From: Hormiphora californensis
Taxonomy: Eukaryota; Animalia; Ctenophora
Reading direction: 5' to 3'
Assembly: GCA_020137815.1 (NCBI GenBank)
Contig: CM035360.1
Location: forward strand, 3,720,001-3,784,000
DNA length: 64,000 nucleotides
A program made the translations under genes and the position numbers. Positions 50,901 through 64,000 of the stretch are shown here, one piece after another. Each line of letters begins with the position of its first letter. The stretch's first letter is position 1. The notes beneath the pieces are model-generated. The model worked only from the letters and a program-made list of their open reading frames with translations, ran no database searches and had not been told where the DNA came from.

Positions 50901-51900
50901 ATAATCTCAGTTATAGGACTAAAATACCATCTCCCCCCCCCCTAGGTGACCAATGTGAATATCCAAGTTTCCCGAGATGGCACCTTTGTGTGTTTGGTTG
51001 AGAAGGATCCATGCGAGGAGGGCGGTTCACCTCTCTACCTCACTGTATATTCCCTGGCACCTGAAACCTTTAGACAATGTCCTAATGAGAACCAGTGTTA
51101 AATACATCCCAATGTGTATCAGTATTACACCATGTAATCAGGTGGGTTATCGGGATTTGGGTGGGGTTTGAAATTGTTGTGTTGCCCCCACTTCCAAGTG
51201 GGTTTAGGTTATCGGCCGACGGCCGTTCTAAAACACAAACTAAAAGGGAATAAAATGGTGATATTTCCTTCAATCATAACTCCACCTCTTGATAAGATTG
51301 AGTGCCTTTTTAGTTTGTTTTTTACTTTTTGTATTTCAAACTAAACCTGTTTGTATTAGCTATATCTCAAACTCTGACTACTAAATCCTACCCATTTTAC
51401 ACTACCTCCCTCTCAGTACATAGTCACGTTTGCGAGACATAACGTTACCGACACACATGGTGGAATGATAGTTACATATGACATACCGAGGAAGAAGGTA
51501 TGTCGAGAGGGGGTTGTTATCCCTCTCTCTCGTTACATAAGAAAATCTTGGATTTTAATTCCGAAGTGAGCTAATCTTCACATAGCTCTGACATCTGTGC
51601 TGAATGTTCATCTGTTTGATGAAATTTTTGTAACCAACTCCCCACCCTCACTAGGTCTCGGACAAGCAACGAATAACTCGCTCCATGACAAAGCCTCCAT
51701 CCTGCTGGCCAAAGTTCAACAGGATCTCTATCCAAGATGAGAGTCCTATCAACATTGCCCGATTTGGACAGCTACCCTGGCAGGGAACTGTGATTGGTAC
51801 ATGCTCTGGCAAGCTCTACCTGATGAGGGTTGCACCCAAACAGACTGCGTCTGATACGACACACCCGCATGTTCATAGAGTCATATATAATGACATGTGA
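47904..51900 (+). CDS. AMBRA1: AMBRA1-like split WD40 protein, multi-exon
   Basis: LFNRE..LIEDK; AFSHDGTLVASTHADH; GHLRSP..QFHP; ILASGCLAGQV; SIAFHPDG; ENERIRGVMFDPYGRYMITAI; S/T/R-rich disordered middle; VYSLAP; INIARF...GTCSGKL. Confidence 0.9.
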
Positions 51901-52881
51901 CACAAAGACACAGTACACAGGGAAAGAGAAAGTGTGAGATAGATATAGAGAGAAAAAGGAAGGTGTAACTAGAGACAGAGATAGATACTTTTGAGAACAA
52001 GGACAGAGGACCCCGTGTTGCAGTTGCAATATATGAAAGATGTGAAGGCGAGCTTTTTTTTAGTACGGTATTTCCTAAGGTCAAGAGCCAGTTAGCCCTA
52101 TATCATGTACTTGTATTACGTACGAACTAACTACTTTCTTACACATATTACCACACAACATTTTTAAAGTTTTTTACATGTTTTGGACTTTGACAGTCCT
52201 GGACATTAACATTTGATCACAACGAGAGACGTGTGTTTTCCCAGATCTGAAAAAGATTTATCAGTTTTATAATCGTGAGACATGGGTCGTGGGTTGTTCA
52301 GACTGTGTCTCGTGCGACCTTCTAAATATCGGTCATACTGTATAATAGTTCTTCTACTAGGAGTACTAATACAGTATGACCGGTACAAGGTGGGCCTTTT
52401 TTTGAAGAAAATAATATGATATCAATAGGGCCTCAATACGTGCAAAACTACTAATAATTACTTACTAAGACTTGCCTAGATATTATAAAACGTATACGGT
52501 TTAAAGTTTGAGCGTTATTTACATGTGTTACACTGGAAATAGCTTATTTTGAGAGATCTTGAATCGGACGAAAATATGTTATATTTTTGTTCAAAAATCG
52601 TTATTTAATTTTGTTTCTTTCTTTGTTACACCCCACAGATAGATCTGACTCTCTCCCGATCTCTAATGTTACAGTGCCAGTGCGGTCAAGTGTGTTTCCA
52701 GTGAGTGAGCTTGCACATTGTGTGTAGTATTCTTACTCTTCAAAACATACCTCAGTGCCTGTGCCCAGAAATACACCTGCTAAGTCCCAAATCCCAATTC
52801 TAAATACTAAAACCCCCTATTCCTGAAGCCCAATTCTAAAACCTTCTAACATCTCATTCTCCCTCTTACAGGACCTCCTAT

Positions 52882-54071
52882 ATGTCGGGAGCCACTACAA
52901 TTCGCTGTGTCCGGTCCTTATCTACCCGCTGCTACTCAACCTTTCTCTCCCCATCAACACAACAGAAACAAGGGAACCGAGAAAATTCTTCCAAATATGG
53001 AACTCGAGAACTTTCTTCCAAATATGGAAATCGAGAACTTTCTTCCTCCAGTAACTTTACCGACTCAATGACGGGAAGTTTACAGCGAATTGAGAAACTC
53101 GTCGACTCTCCGGTTACATTTCTCGGAATTGATTATCTGAACAACGAAGAGATATTTTACCTGCTTGAAAACATTCAGAAACTCATCGGAACTAAACACC
53201 CGATTGTAGAATTCGGTGCTAATACACTCCTAGGGTCGACGGGTACATTTCGGGTTCACGGGCTCATAGCACTGTTAGCGTCCCAAATTGTTAATCTGTG
53301 TAACTCAAACGAACTGGTGTATAACAGAGATAAAACTGGTATTCTACCAAAACAAAGGCGGCTTGTTGAGGTGTGCGAGATGATCTCAACAGCGTTCTTC
53401 CTACACGATAGTATTGTCAGTACGGAGAGTAGCGAGGAACGGGGAAATTTACAGAAGGGAAACAAGCTATCTCTACTGTTTGGGGATTATTTCCTAGCTA
53501 CAGGCGTGTTCACAATTGGCTAGTTTTGAGCACCCAAAAGTTGTGGATAGTATTTCTAAAGCCATTGCTAAGTAATGTGGAGGGCCGGTTTTGGTTGGAT
53601 ACTATTGACCCAACCTCGCCTCCCTCCCTCCCCGATATTACCAGATATGCAACACTTCGACACGGCACCCTGTTATCTTCCTGCTGTCTTTCATCAGGCC
53701 TCCTATCAGGAGCCCGACCGGATCACATCACAGCTTTGGAAAGTTTTGGGAGTAACGTTGGACTTGCAATTCAGTTAAAACGAGAGGTATTCGCAGTTCA
53801 CAGCGGACGGGCTGAAGTAACATCTTATCCTTACATAGCAGCTGTTGAGAACTTAAACAGAATGGGTCGAGAAGTAAAACTGGGCACGCCGCCAGATCAA
53901 GTTATTAATCTGGGAGGCGGTGTAGAGAGGACTATTGAGTCGTGTGAAATACACTGCAATCGTGCCCTGGATGCACTCAATGTTTTTCAAAGTGTAGACG
54001 ATGTATTTGTAGCCAGTTTAGGGGGTATTGTTAGGGATATCAAGTCAGCCAAACCAATTGTCACTGTATAG
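52882..54071 (+). CDS. PDSS2: All-trans polyprenyl (decaprenyl) diphosphate synthase subunit 2; single coding exon with two apparent +1 frameshifts (~53503, ~53570)
   Basis: KLIGTKHP, QRRLVEVCEMI, FLHDSIV (DDxxD degenerate as in PDSS2), GNKLSLLFGDYFLA; the bridging frame reads ACSQLASFEHPKVVDSISKAIA. Confidence 0.88.
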
Positions 54072-54145
54072 TATTATTTATTTTCTCGAGTTTTTGTACC
54101 GTGCCTTTTCATAAATTTGATTGTTTTTTTCGTGGTCCAAAAGAC

Positions 54146-54231
54146 GGGAGATGGAGCGAGGAAGAAAAAAAGAAGTTTCGCGAGAAAGATGTCTCAGAAA
54201 TTCATTTTTCGTCTTCCTCTCTCCATCTCCC
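54146..54231. repeat. Imperfect hairpin downstream of the PDSS2 stop
   Basis: gggagatggagcgaggaaga...tcttcctctctccatctccc. Confidence 0.65.
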
Positions 54232-55101
54232 TATCTCAGGGGTGAGAGGAATCTAGGATATTACATTGTTTTCTCACTAATCTCGTGACCAAGATGTTCT
54301 GATAACTCTCTCACTTTCCCTCGTCGTTGAGAGACGAAGAAGGAAGATGTGGCAACGGAGAGATACTTTTGGGAACGCGCGCTCCAATATTTCATATGGA
54401 GAGTACAATTTCAGCAATTGTTACATTACGCGCATAACATACAGCGCGGCAGATTTGAGTGGTCATGTCCACAACAAACACTCCACCGCTGGCAAGGGCA
54501 CAGTTATAATACTACTCACTCCACCGCTGACAAGGGCACAGTTATAACCGGTGGTGGTATCATGATGGGGGGGGGGTAACGCTTTGTAACATGTGCAAAG
54601 TGTTACGTGTCACCCCCCCATGATAATCGGTCCTTGGTCTCGTGGCAGGGGAGTGAGTAAAGGCAGGGTCCTTTGTCATGGTCCAAGGCATATCGGGGGA
54701 AATTTATCTGCCCGGTAAATCGGGGCCCGACTATCTAACTTTGTCCACTCCCAGGCTGGAAGTGGAAGTGCATCTAGTCTAGGGTTCGATCAGTTTGGAA
54801 ACAAATTTAAAACACGGTATTTAACACCAACTGCAGTGGAAGATTATACCTCGCCACATGACGGAGAAACACTAAATAATCATTGCGTTTTGTACAGTAT
54901 TATTTTCAAACAAATATGTCATTGTAAACATTAGATTGTAATCGTGATTAATAACCAGCGCCACAGCTTTAAGTTTGTCTAAAAGAAACTCTCTGGATAT
55001 AATATACGTTCAGCAGGGCAAGAAAATGCTCAGACTCTGGCTCTTTCAATGCAAGGAAACCGAAAAGAGCACACAAAACATTTAATTAAACGGTTAGGTT
55101 G

Positions 55102-55217
55102 TAGGAACCGACCGAAACAAGTTGTTTATTAACAACCAATAAGAACTCGTTATTTAGGTCACGTGACTGGTTATTAGCCAATCAGGGACCAGTATTTCCT
55201 GATTCAGTCGGTTCCTG
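55102..55217. mobile_element. hAT-type MITE copy
   Basis: Same family as 15017; perfect 8-bp TSD TTAGGTTG at 55094-55101 and 55218-55225. Confidence 0.9.
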
Positions 55218-55592
55218 TTAGGTTGTTATCTGTATCAATGGATTAGCAATAAATCAAATTGCTGTTATTTATTAATCTGAGTTATAATATGGAATCGTCG
55301 AAAATCATATTGGTAACCAATATTTGGTTCGTTCAAACCCGCGGTGGGAGGTAACTGGTAAGGGTCGAGCAATACAACTACAAGGCAATACAAGTCAAAA
55401 AATAAATTGTATGATCTACTCTTCTCCCTCTCTAGCTCTTGCTCACAAGAAATTCATGCAACTGCAGGCCCCAAAACTCAAGGTCTGTCTGGTAAAAATA
55501 ACCAAATATATATCGGAAACAAATTAAATACTGTTCCGCCTCAAAATCAACTTTTGTTAACGGTTAACACGGGGGCGTTAACACTTGTTGAG

Positions 55593-58500
55593 TTAACACT
55601 GTGCCTCATGTGCTGACGCTGCAGCTTCTGAAACTTGGATTGGTTCAAATTTAGTCCGATTATTATTGAACATCCTCCACCACTCACTCGGCCCTTTGAG
55701 TCTGTAGGGATTGGGCCGTAAACTGTCCAGTGACATGATTAGGACTCGGGGGAGGAAGGCCAGAACAAGAACTAGCAGGAGGTTAGCCCATGTTGCCGGG
55801 TTTGAAATGGCGTAGGAGAAGCTGTAGTGGGGATCCATTTTAAAGAATTTAAATAAAATAGGTATCATCCCGTAAAAATATAGCCAGGAGTATCCTAGAA
55901 AAAGGGTCCCAAAGATGGTACACACGACCACTAGGGTAATATTAGGGCACCGCACTAAAAAGTTTATATTCATCGTCGTTATGGCCAGGATAGCAACAAC
56001 CCCAGCAAATTCCATCTGCCCCATGGGACTATCCCAAGCGTCCATACTGGCGATACTGAACACCAGGGCCCCGTGGTAAAGAGCCTCTAACATGTGTAGG
56101 AAGTTATGGAACATCGTGAATTTCTCACTTCTCCTCCCCGTCCCATAGGAGGTAGGATCGGCTAGCAGCTTGTTGGCGCTGCCTCCATACTGGTTCAGAC
56201 TGAAACACACCAGGGTACCGGGCTGAGCCCAGAAGGTGTTGAATGTGACGAAAATGAATTCCTCCAAAGGGTAACTCCCGCTGAACCCATTAAAGAACTG
56301 ATAGAGAAGGATCAGCATTGTGAAAAAGATGTTTTTGTAGAAGAAGTAGAATACGAAATCACTGATTCGATGATATGTCCACTGGCCGTGTACTAACACC
56401 AGTTTTTGGAGCATTTTGAACTTTTCGATTGCGAAATCTGACGCCATGACGGCCTGTGTTCCCTCTCGTCCCGCTATTCCGATTCCTATGTCTGCTTGAC
56501 GGAGCATTCCCACATCGTTAGCGCCATCACCAATAGCGAGGGTCAGCACCTGAAAACATGGAGTTAGATAAATCCAGTGTAATTGTACTCGGGGGAATGA
56601 TCAATTTCGCTTTGCGAATCAAAACTCTTAAGCTTTGGATGCAAGAGAAACCAAGTAGATAGGAGTAAAACAGTGCACCAAGCTTAGCCTTTAGATAAAC
56701 TAATATATGGAGTTCTTCTCATGACAAAACAGCAGTATTATAAGTACCTGGAGTTGTTCTCGTATGGTGGCTACAATCATACTCTTCTGTAGAGGAGTGG
56801 TCCGACAACAAATAACAGTCTGACATGTCTGGCAGAGTGCCATGAAATCAGAGAGAAGGGATTTGTGAAGCAGGAACTCTATCGCATTTCCAGAGATCAC
56901 CAGAGCTTGCTTGTGTACCTAGGAGATACCAGGAGGGGGTCAGAAATTTGTCCAGACCCAATATTTCACCCAATATCGCACCAAATATTGTAAAGAAGAT
57001 TTTGAAAATAACAAGGGGGACTCCGTTTTTCTGAACAGTGCACTGAGATCTGGTCGGCGCCGCCAGACATGGTAAACCCAACTCCTTACCTGTCCGGTAG
57101 GTGTAAGAGCCATGTAACTGGTTAGTTTAGCCTTAGTGGCCTCATATGTGGTTGTCTTTATCTTGATGAGGTGGGTATCTCGGGTGTAGAGCTTGGAACT
57201 ATACCCAATACTGACAGCCGTCTCCTGTTTATCACCCGTCAACAGCCACACAACTATACCTTGAGGGGTAGAGGGGAGTACTAAGGATGTGAGGGGTTTG
57301 GAAGGTGGCAGAGGGGTTTAGGGAGGAACTAGGGAGGGGAGGAAGCTAGCTTGAGCTAGGCGAGAGAGTGTAGGGGAGGGAGATTAGGGGAGGGGAATGG
57401 GGATGTACTCTTGAATTTGTCAGAAGGGCGCCATGTGGGCGGGAGATGTGTCTCAATATTCCATGATCCCACACTCAAGTTTTACATTTACGTTCAAGAG
57501 AAATGTGCCCGGGGTCACGAACATGAAAAAGATGAGTTACCTCAACAAAACTAGATGGGGTACAAACTAGAAATGAATCAAGATGAATTACCTGCGGTTC
57601 TCAGGGACGTCAGTACCTCTGGAACCCCCTCCTGCAGCCTGTCCTCAACCCCGGTAGCCCCCAGTAAGATGAGATGTTGTTCAATCGAACTACATACTTT
57701 TGACACCGCCTCCTCTCTCCCATCCATCTTGGTGCTCGCCTGAGGAGTGGAGTACGGGGTGAAACATTTTGTGAAAAAGGAGACTCCTTAGTTAGTACTG
57801 AGGGGATTGGAAATTGGTTGGAGAGGGAGAAGATACGCCAAAAACACATACAAACAGGTGTAGGGTTTTTGGAGAGGGAAATTTAGTATGTATTGACTGG
57901 AGTAGGAGTATTGAAGTTCACTTTGTTCGGTATGTATCTACATATTTTAGTAAGCATATAAAGTATCATCTCTCTCACATTTTCCTTTCATTCTAAGGTT
58001 TACATTTCCTTTCCTGTTCTCTCTTTCTATTTCGATATTTGTCTCTCTCTCTCTCCCAATTTACAGGTTACGTGCTAATTATGAATTCTGATGAAGTTAT
58101 CAAGCACACACGCCCTTACAGTCCACACACAATATGTGTGCAGTGTGTGTACCGGAAATGCACAGTGTACAGGGTGCTACAGAAAAACTACTACCACTAG
58201 TGTAACTATCAGTGTGGGTGTTTCTTCAAAGTTGGTAATATCTAACTTTATAATAACTCATGGGAGGAAATATACATATCCAGACGAGGGTCAAATATCC
58301 CTTATCCAGAGAGCGTTGTTTCGGGACGCGGAGAGATAGGGTCGATCGAGAAAAGTAAGGGGTCACTCTTTACCTGTCTAAACCGCATGATAAACTGTTG
58401 GTATTCTGCAGGGTCCAACTCTTTGTAACCAATGGCCAGTGTTCTCATTCCCTTTTTGGCAAAGGTGTTTATCTGGGGAGAATATTTGGAGTTAGAAAAC

Positions 58501-60755
58501 ACAGAGAGCGATGGAGAAGGAGATAGAGAGGAAGTGAGCAATAGAGAAAGTGGAGAGATTATAACATCTAATCTACACTTTTCTCAAGAAGACACAGCGA
58601 GAGAGAGTGAGAGAGAAATGTCCGATATAGAACATAGAGAAAGCACAAATAGCTATACTTGGAAGTGGATACACACACACATACACACTCCCACAAAATA
58701 CTTCCCGCTCCCTGTTGGTGCCCTCACGCACAGAAGACAATTACAACTAAACTCACATGCTCAAGAGTGGTCGCCCTATGATGTATCTCATCTTTATCCA
58801 CCGCCTTCCTCAGCCTCCCAAACATGGCATTATCAGCGCCTTTAGTGAACATCACCATTTTAGAAGTCCGAGGGTGTACCACGATGATACTCATACATTT
58901 GCGTTTTGAGTCAAATGGTAGAGTACACAGAACCTAAATCGGGATATGTAGTGGGTGAGAGAGAGATGAGAGTTATGTTGACAGAATTGCGTCAGGGCGC
59001 CGCGCACTAACACTGCTGACAATAGAAAAGTACCATATTTGGTTTTACCGCGCGTACCTTGTATCTCATTATGGTAGACTGATGTCGGACCACACACGAC
59101 TCTGGAGTCCGTCTGAGGAGGATAAAACCGTACTCCCGAGCCGCGTTAACCAAAGATAACTCATCTGGTGATTCCGCTTCGTAGACGATCGTTTTGAAGT
59201 CCCGGGGAAGGTATTGGGAGAAAGAGGTACCCCTCCGTCCTGCAGTCGTCACCATGACAGTGTTACATATTGTCATAGGCAACCAGGAGATCACGTACAG
59301 GGATCCCACTCAGGGGTTGTGTCCTCTAGACAACTCATTAACTCTGGATCTACAGGGGGTCTATCGGCCGCTCCCTCATCCTCTCCACCTCCCTCACCAC
59401 CATCTGTCTCCGGGAGGTCCCCCATTTCAAGAGATCCCGAACAATTTATTGCACACAGACACTGCTTTGAATACCATCCGATTCTCTGTTAGTGTCCCTG
59501 TTTTGTCACTGAAAACATACTGAACCTGACCGAGGTCCTCAGCGATACTGATGGAGCGACAGAGAATTGGGCTCTTGCCCAAACAAATCTAAATCCTGTT
59601 GAATGAACCAAATTTGGATGACTTTGGTGATCTCCAGAACGATATACAAGGACATGGGTATCAGTTGGTTGTAGACAATCGCAAAAGTGAAGAAGGATAG
59701 AAAGGACACGTACGCCCAATTTCCCTTCTTTTCCCCAATGTAGGGTGGAGATTTGGAGTATGTCCCGTTAACCCCACCAGCTGTGAAATCTCGTGGAAAC
59801 AAGTTGTCATAGGTCCGCAACCACAGCCATTGCCCGAACGCACAAACAGCACACATCGCAAACATAATGCATATGACGAATAGGACAATCCCGTTAAGAG
59901 TCCGCTCTATTTTGCTAGTTTTCCTTCTCACCCCACGACTGTTCTTCATTGCCTTGGTGTCATGACCCGCATAGATCACCAGGCCTATTATGTGATCACA
60001 ATTCCGTAGCTGACTGCCTCGGAGGATAAAGTTGTCCAGACACAGCGACATCTTAGTACAATGATTCATCTACCATGTATCCGTTTAGTTTGGATAGATC
60101 GTTGTTGGGTTGGTCCACAGTGGATCTCAGCTTGTAGACCTCTAATCCCTGTCTCCTCATAATTTGGAACTTTTGCCACCGCTTTACTCTTCAGGTTCGT
60201 CTCCCCGTCCAATGTTGATGTGTCAGCAAATGCAAAACCACACTCGTCGGTAGTGTCAATAATAAGCAGATCGGCTGGGATTTCCTCTTTACAATAAACT
60301 TTCAACACATCCCCCACCTGGAGCTCCCTCCACTTCTTCTTGACCCAATTCTGTTTTTTCCGGTTGTAAAAGTGAGTTTCCCGGTCATTCAGCTGATCAT
60401 CCTGCCGTCCTCTCCGAATATCCTCATAAAGATCCTTGATGGCATCAGACGCCAAGACAATCAATAACGGAGATATGGAGAAGTATTTCCCGACAGCATT
60501 GAGTTGAGGTACCCAATTAAGAATTAACATTCCCACAAAAAACCAGTTAGCCAGTCGGTGAAATTGTTTGTAAAGATTGAGCGGAAGGAAGTTGTACCAT
60601 CGGTAGTGCGTGGTACAAACCTCGTTGTTTCGATAATCTATACCACTTGAAAAGGCTGTTACTTTTCTGAGTTGCTGTTTCGGATCTTGTCGGCCGAAGA
60701 TGGAGCTGGAGCTGAAACCGCGGACGTGACCTCGGATTTTCCTGCCCGTTTCCAT
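55593..60755 (-). CDS. ATP10: P4-ATPase phospholipid flippase, class V (ATP10-like); several apparent +1 frameshifts in the first large exon
   Basis: [94 protein letters not shown]. Confidence 0.93.
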
Positions 60756-60957
60756 CCTATGTAAGGAGGGAGGGTGAGTTAGAAATATGGGAGGGAGGGA
60801 GAGTGAGTTAGTAATTATAGAGGGGAGATTGAGTTATTATCGGGGAGGGAAAGATATGCAATGTACAATGTGTAAATGAATTTGATGAGGGGTTAAAATA
60901 TTATTGATGGTCCTTGTCCCGGAGAGTGCTCTACTCACGGTTGCGAGGAGCTATTTA

Positions 60958-61017
60958 CAAGTAAAACAAGGAAGTTTTAGTTCAACTGTTGAACTAAAAC
61001 TTCCTTGTTTTACTTGG
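60958..61017. repeat. Near-perfect ~59-bp palindrome inside a segment flanked by 16-bp direct repeats
   Basis: caagtaaaacaaggaagttttagttcaac-t-gttgaactaaaacttccttgttttacttg; gaggggttaaaatatt at ~60887 and ~61017. Confidence 0.85.
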
Positions 61018-61925
61018 AGGGGTTAAAATATTGAGGTCGACAATTGAGATTCTATATGATTAATAACAAGGTGATTCTATAGAATGGTAGCTGTAAGATC
61101 CTTACTGAGCAGCAACGTGTCATGATGGGTATCAGAGGATCTACTAGACAACCTACTAGGAACAACATACTCCGATATATATGGTATGATCATCAGACTG
61201 ATTCAATATAACATAATATGACGGGGGTATGGTAACTTAATCACTCGGTTAACGTCACAAAGCATATGCCAACAACTTTGTTTTCACTTGAGAAATGAGA
61301 ATGATATAAATCAAGGGAAAACAAATCACAAAAAGTGACGCTGTGTAATTCTAAAAAGACGGGCTTTCCTGTGAGAAAATGTAGGGTAAACAAAATGGCA
61401 GTGAAAAAAGTGCAAGCTGAATCACATACATCTCCGTTTCTAAAAGTCACATAATATGATAAAGTACTGTTTGAAAATCTTTTTTCTGAATGTCTGACCA
61501 AACGGGAGGCACACTCACAACTGCAAACCATCACGATAAAGTACACCGGGGTCAAGCAAAGGACTGTATTGAGAGAGGTATAATCTATGCTTGTCACATC
61601 CAATAGAGGATAGTCCCATGAGTAGACCGAGAGATAGCCACGTGTACGTGCACAAAATAGTCACACAAAATTATACGCAATATTAATTATCAACTTAATT
61701 AGATACACACCCATGTGATTATCAGAACCTCTCCTTCTCCTTCCCTCTCCCTCTCTCCCTCTAGTCTCCCTCCCTGGCATATCTCTCTAATTTGCTCCTT
61801 CTCTCTCTCTCTACTTTGCTCAAACTCCGTCTACCTGCCTCCGTTGTGACGTCACACAAATGTGAGTGCCAAGAGCAAAATCACATGCTTCACAAGTTTT
61901 AAACACACAATGTCGCATGGCACTC

Positions 61926-62189
61926 GTTCCGGCCTATCGTGTTCCGTCATTCTCCAGTTTCTACTCTCTATTTTCCTTCCTCATACCTCTCTATCCTGGT
62001 ATATCAGGTTGATGTATATCAGGAAGGGCTATTGAAAATAGAGAGCAGAATCGAAGAGAAACACGTTTATTTAATCTGAAATAAACTTGTTTCTCTTTGT
62101 CATCCGGCTCTCCGGTGGAAGGTGAACCAGTCCTGTATAGAGAGCAGAAACTGTAAAATGTACAATGACGGAATACAATAGGCCGGAAC
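61926..62189. mobile_element. Degenerate foldback/MITE
   Basis: gttccggcctatcgtgttccgtcatt is inverted to aatgacggaatacaataggccggaac. Confidence 0.65.
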
Positions 62190-63171
62190 AAGTGATTTAC
62201 AGCTTTGTTGCAGATATGTCAACAAAGCTGTACACAATTATCAAGAAAGAAAGGATCACAGGGGAGCTCAGAGCGTTAGATGGGTAGCCATGACAACAGT
62301 TAGAGGGTGCCAGGTGTGTGTGTGTGTGAGAGAGATGATCATAGGAGTGGGATCGAGTTTACAATCTCACATGATCACTTCATCATGGTGTTAGATGTGA
62401 AAACGGGTGATAATGCAATCTACAAGCAATACACAGGATAGTGCTATTCTTCAGCGGGAAGTCTGATATATATTAAAAAGTTTATTAGCCGGAATCTCCC
62501 CAATCTCTCTCACCCCTTCTCTCTCTTCCACACATTATTGGCAGTTCCTAATTTATGTGACTGCCACGTTGCACGTCTCTATGAATATATCTAGCACATA
62601 CGGGGAGGGGGGCTGCCGCAACAATCTCATGTCTCATTTGTGATTTTCAGGGTACCACCCACATACACATCACCTGCATTATGCAGGGACATGAGTGGGA
62701 TATAATGTAGAGTCTAATTCATATATTCATAACAAGGACTACAAAATAAATCAAAATAAATCAAATCTTTCTGTGCATTATATCTTTACCTATGTAAGTC
62801 CCCTCAAGCTTGATTTCTTTGAGAATAAAAGCACTTTATAAATGTGACGTCAAATCTCTGATCACGCTCTGGACTGCAATAATTTGGCAACAATATTTTG
62901 ATTTTCCTCTGGGGGAGACAGGAAGAAAGAAAAGAAAGGGAGAGAGAGAGGTTCTCATTATATGCAATCAAAAGCCATACCAAATCAGCTTTTGTCTTTC
63001 AATCCAATTCAGTATGCAGGCAGCATAATGTGCAAATCCTATCTTAAAAACCAAACAACAAACTGATGTTTTGTTCAAATCCGGGGCGCGGTGAGAGTGG
63101 GTCTACCTAGGGAAATGAACTGCTATCAAACGACTCTGGACTATAAACAATGAAGCCTCTTTGGTCTCTCT

Positions 63172-63225
<54 letters not shown>

Positions 63226-63326
63226 CTCTCTTCTCTCTCTCCTCCTCTCTCTCTCTCTCTCCTCCTCCCCCTCTCTCTCTCCCTCTCTCTCTCCCCCCCC
63301 CCCTCTCTCCTCTCTCCTCTCTCTCC

Positions 63327-63376
<50 letters not shown>

Positions 63377-63419
63377 CTACTCTCTCTTCCTTTCTCTCCC
63401 GTTCCCTCCTCTCTCTTCT

Positions 63420-63455
<36 letters not shown>

Positions 63456-63573
63456 CCCCCTCTGCTCCCTCTCTCTTCCTCTCCCCCTCCTCTATCGCTC
63501 TCTCCCCTCTATCCCCCTCTCTCTCTACTCCCCTCTCTCCCCTCTCTCTTATCTCTATCTCTCTCTTTTTTTC

Positions 63574-63610
<37 letters not shown>

Positions 63611-64000
63611 CTCTCTCTCTCTCTCTCTCTCTCCCCTCTCTCTCCCTCTCTCTCTCTCTCCTCTCTCTCTCTCTCCCTCATGTGGTTGAAGTACAACAAA
63701 CAGTATGAGTGTGGTTCAAGATATATAAAAAACACTATCTCACACATGTGTGTGTGTGCAGTGCAGTGCTTACACACACAGTTAGATATGTGTCCACTAT
63801 AATACCGCTCCAGCTCTATCAATAACACCGACACACAAACTCACAAACTGACCGACGCACGAAATCACACACAGACGCATAAACACACCGCTGCAAAAAA
63901 CCAAACACACAAAATCAAACACACAATCAAACACACAAAATCACACACAGAAGCTGGACGCACAGCCATGTAAAATATCGCTGCTAAGTCGCACTTTATG

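Noticed and set aside
53500-53575. PDSS2 as two separate genes, a pseudogene or a programmed frameshift
   Set aside because: A third frame bridges the two ORFs via two single-base insertions, matching the window-wide error pattern; no slippery heptamer

Overview
Eukaryotic, intron-rich, microsatellite-rich (GA/CT) animal genomic DNA. From recall of the dispersed ~109-bp CAGGAACCGACCGAA element and the compact-intron gene style it is probably a ctenophore (Pleurobrachia-like); this is inference and was not verified. I reconstructed about 11 protein-coding genes by reading GT-AG junctions by eye. Plus strand: an Ig-domain type I membrane protein, a PTCD3/mS39-like PPR protein, an unknown helical protein, ENTPD4/7, a GPI-anchored Ly6/uPAR-like protein, AMBRA1 and PDSS2. 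Minus strand: a calmodulin-like protein, a prominin-like pentaspan protein, an intronless arylsulfatase nested on the same strand inside a prominin intron, and an ATP10-type P4-ATPase. Introns hold many non-autonomous DNA transposons (hAT-, Merlin-, Tc1/pogo-type MITEs, foldbacks). Main observations: the same-strand nested sulfatase; splice acceptors just upstream of most start codons in closely spaced co-oriented genes (possible SL trans-splicing/operons); tandem repeats that duplicate splice sites; X-box minisatellites; a MITE carrying CCAAT plus CLEAR/E-box motifs; three alternative ENTPD C-tails. Recurrent +1 frameshifts in conserved genes are most likely consensus errors. Exon boundaries are approximate. 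No rRNA, tRNA or CRISPR array was recognised.
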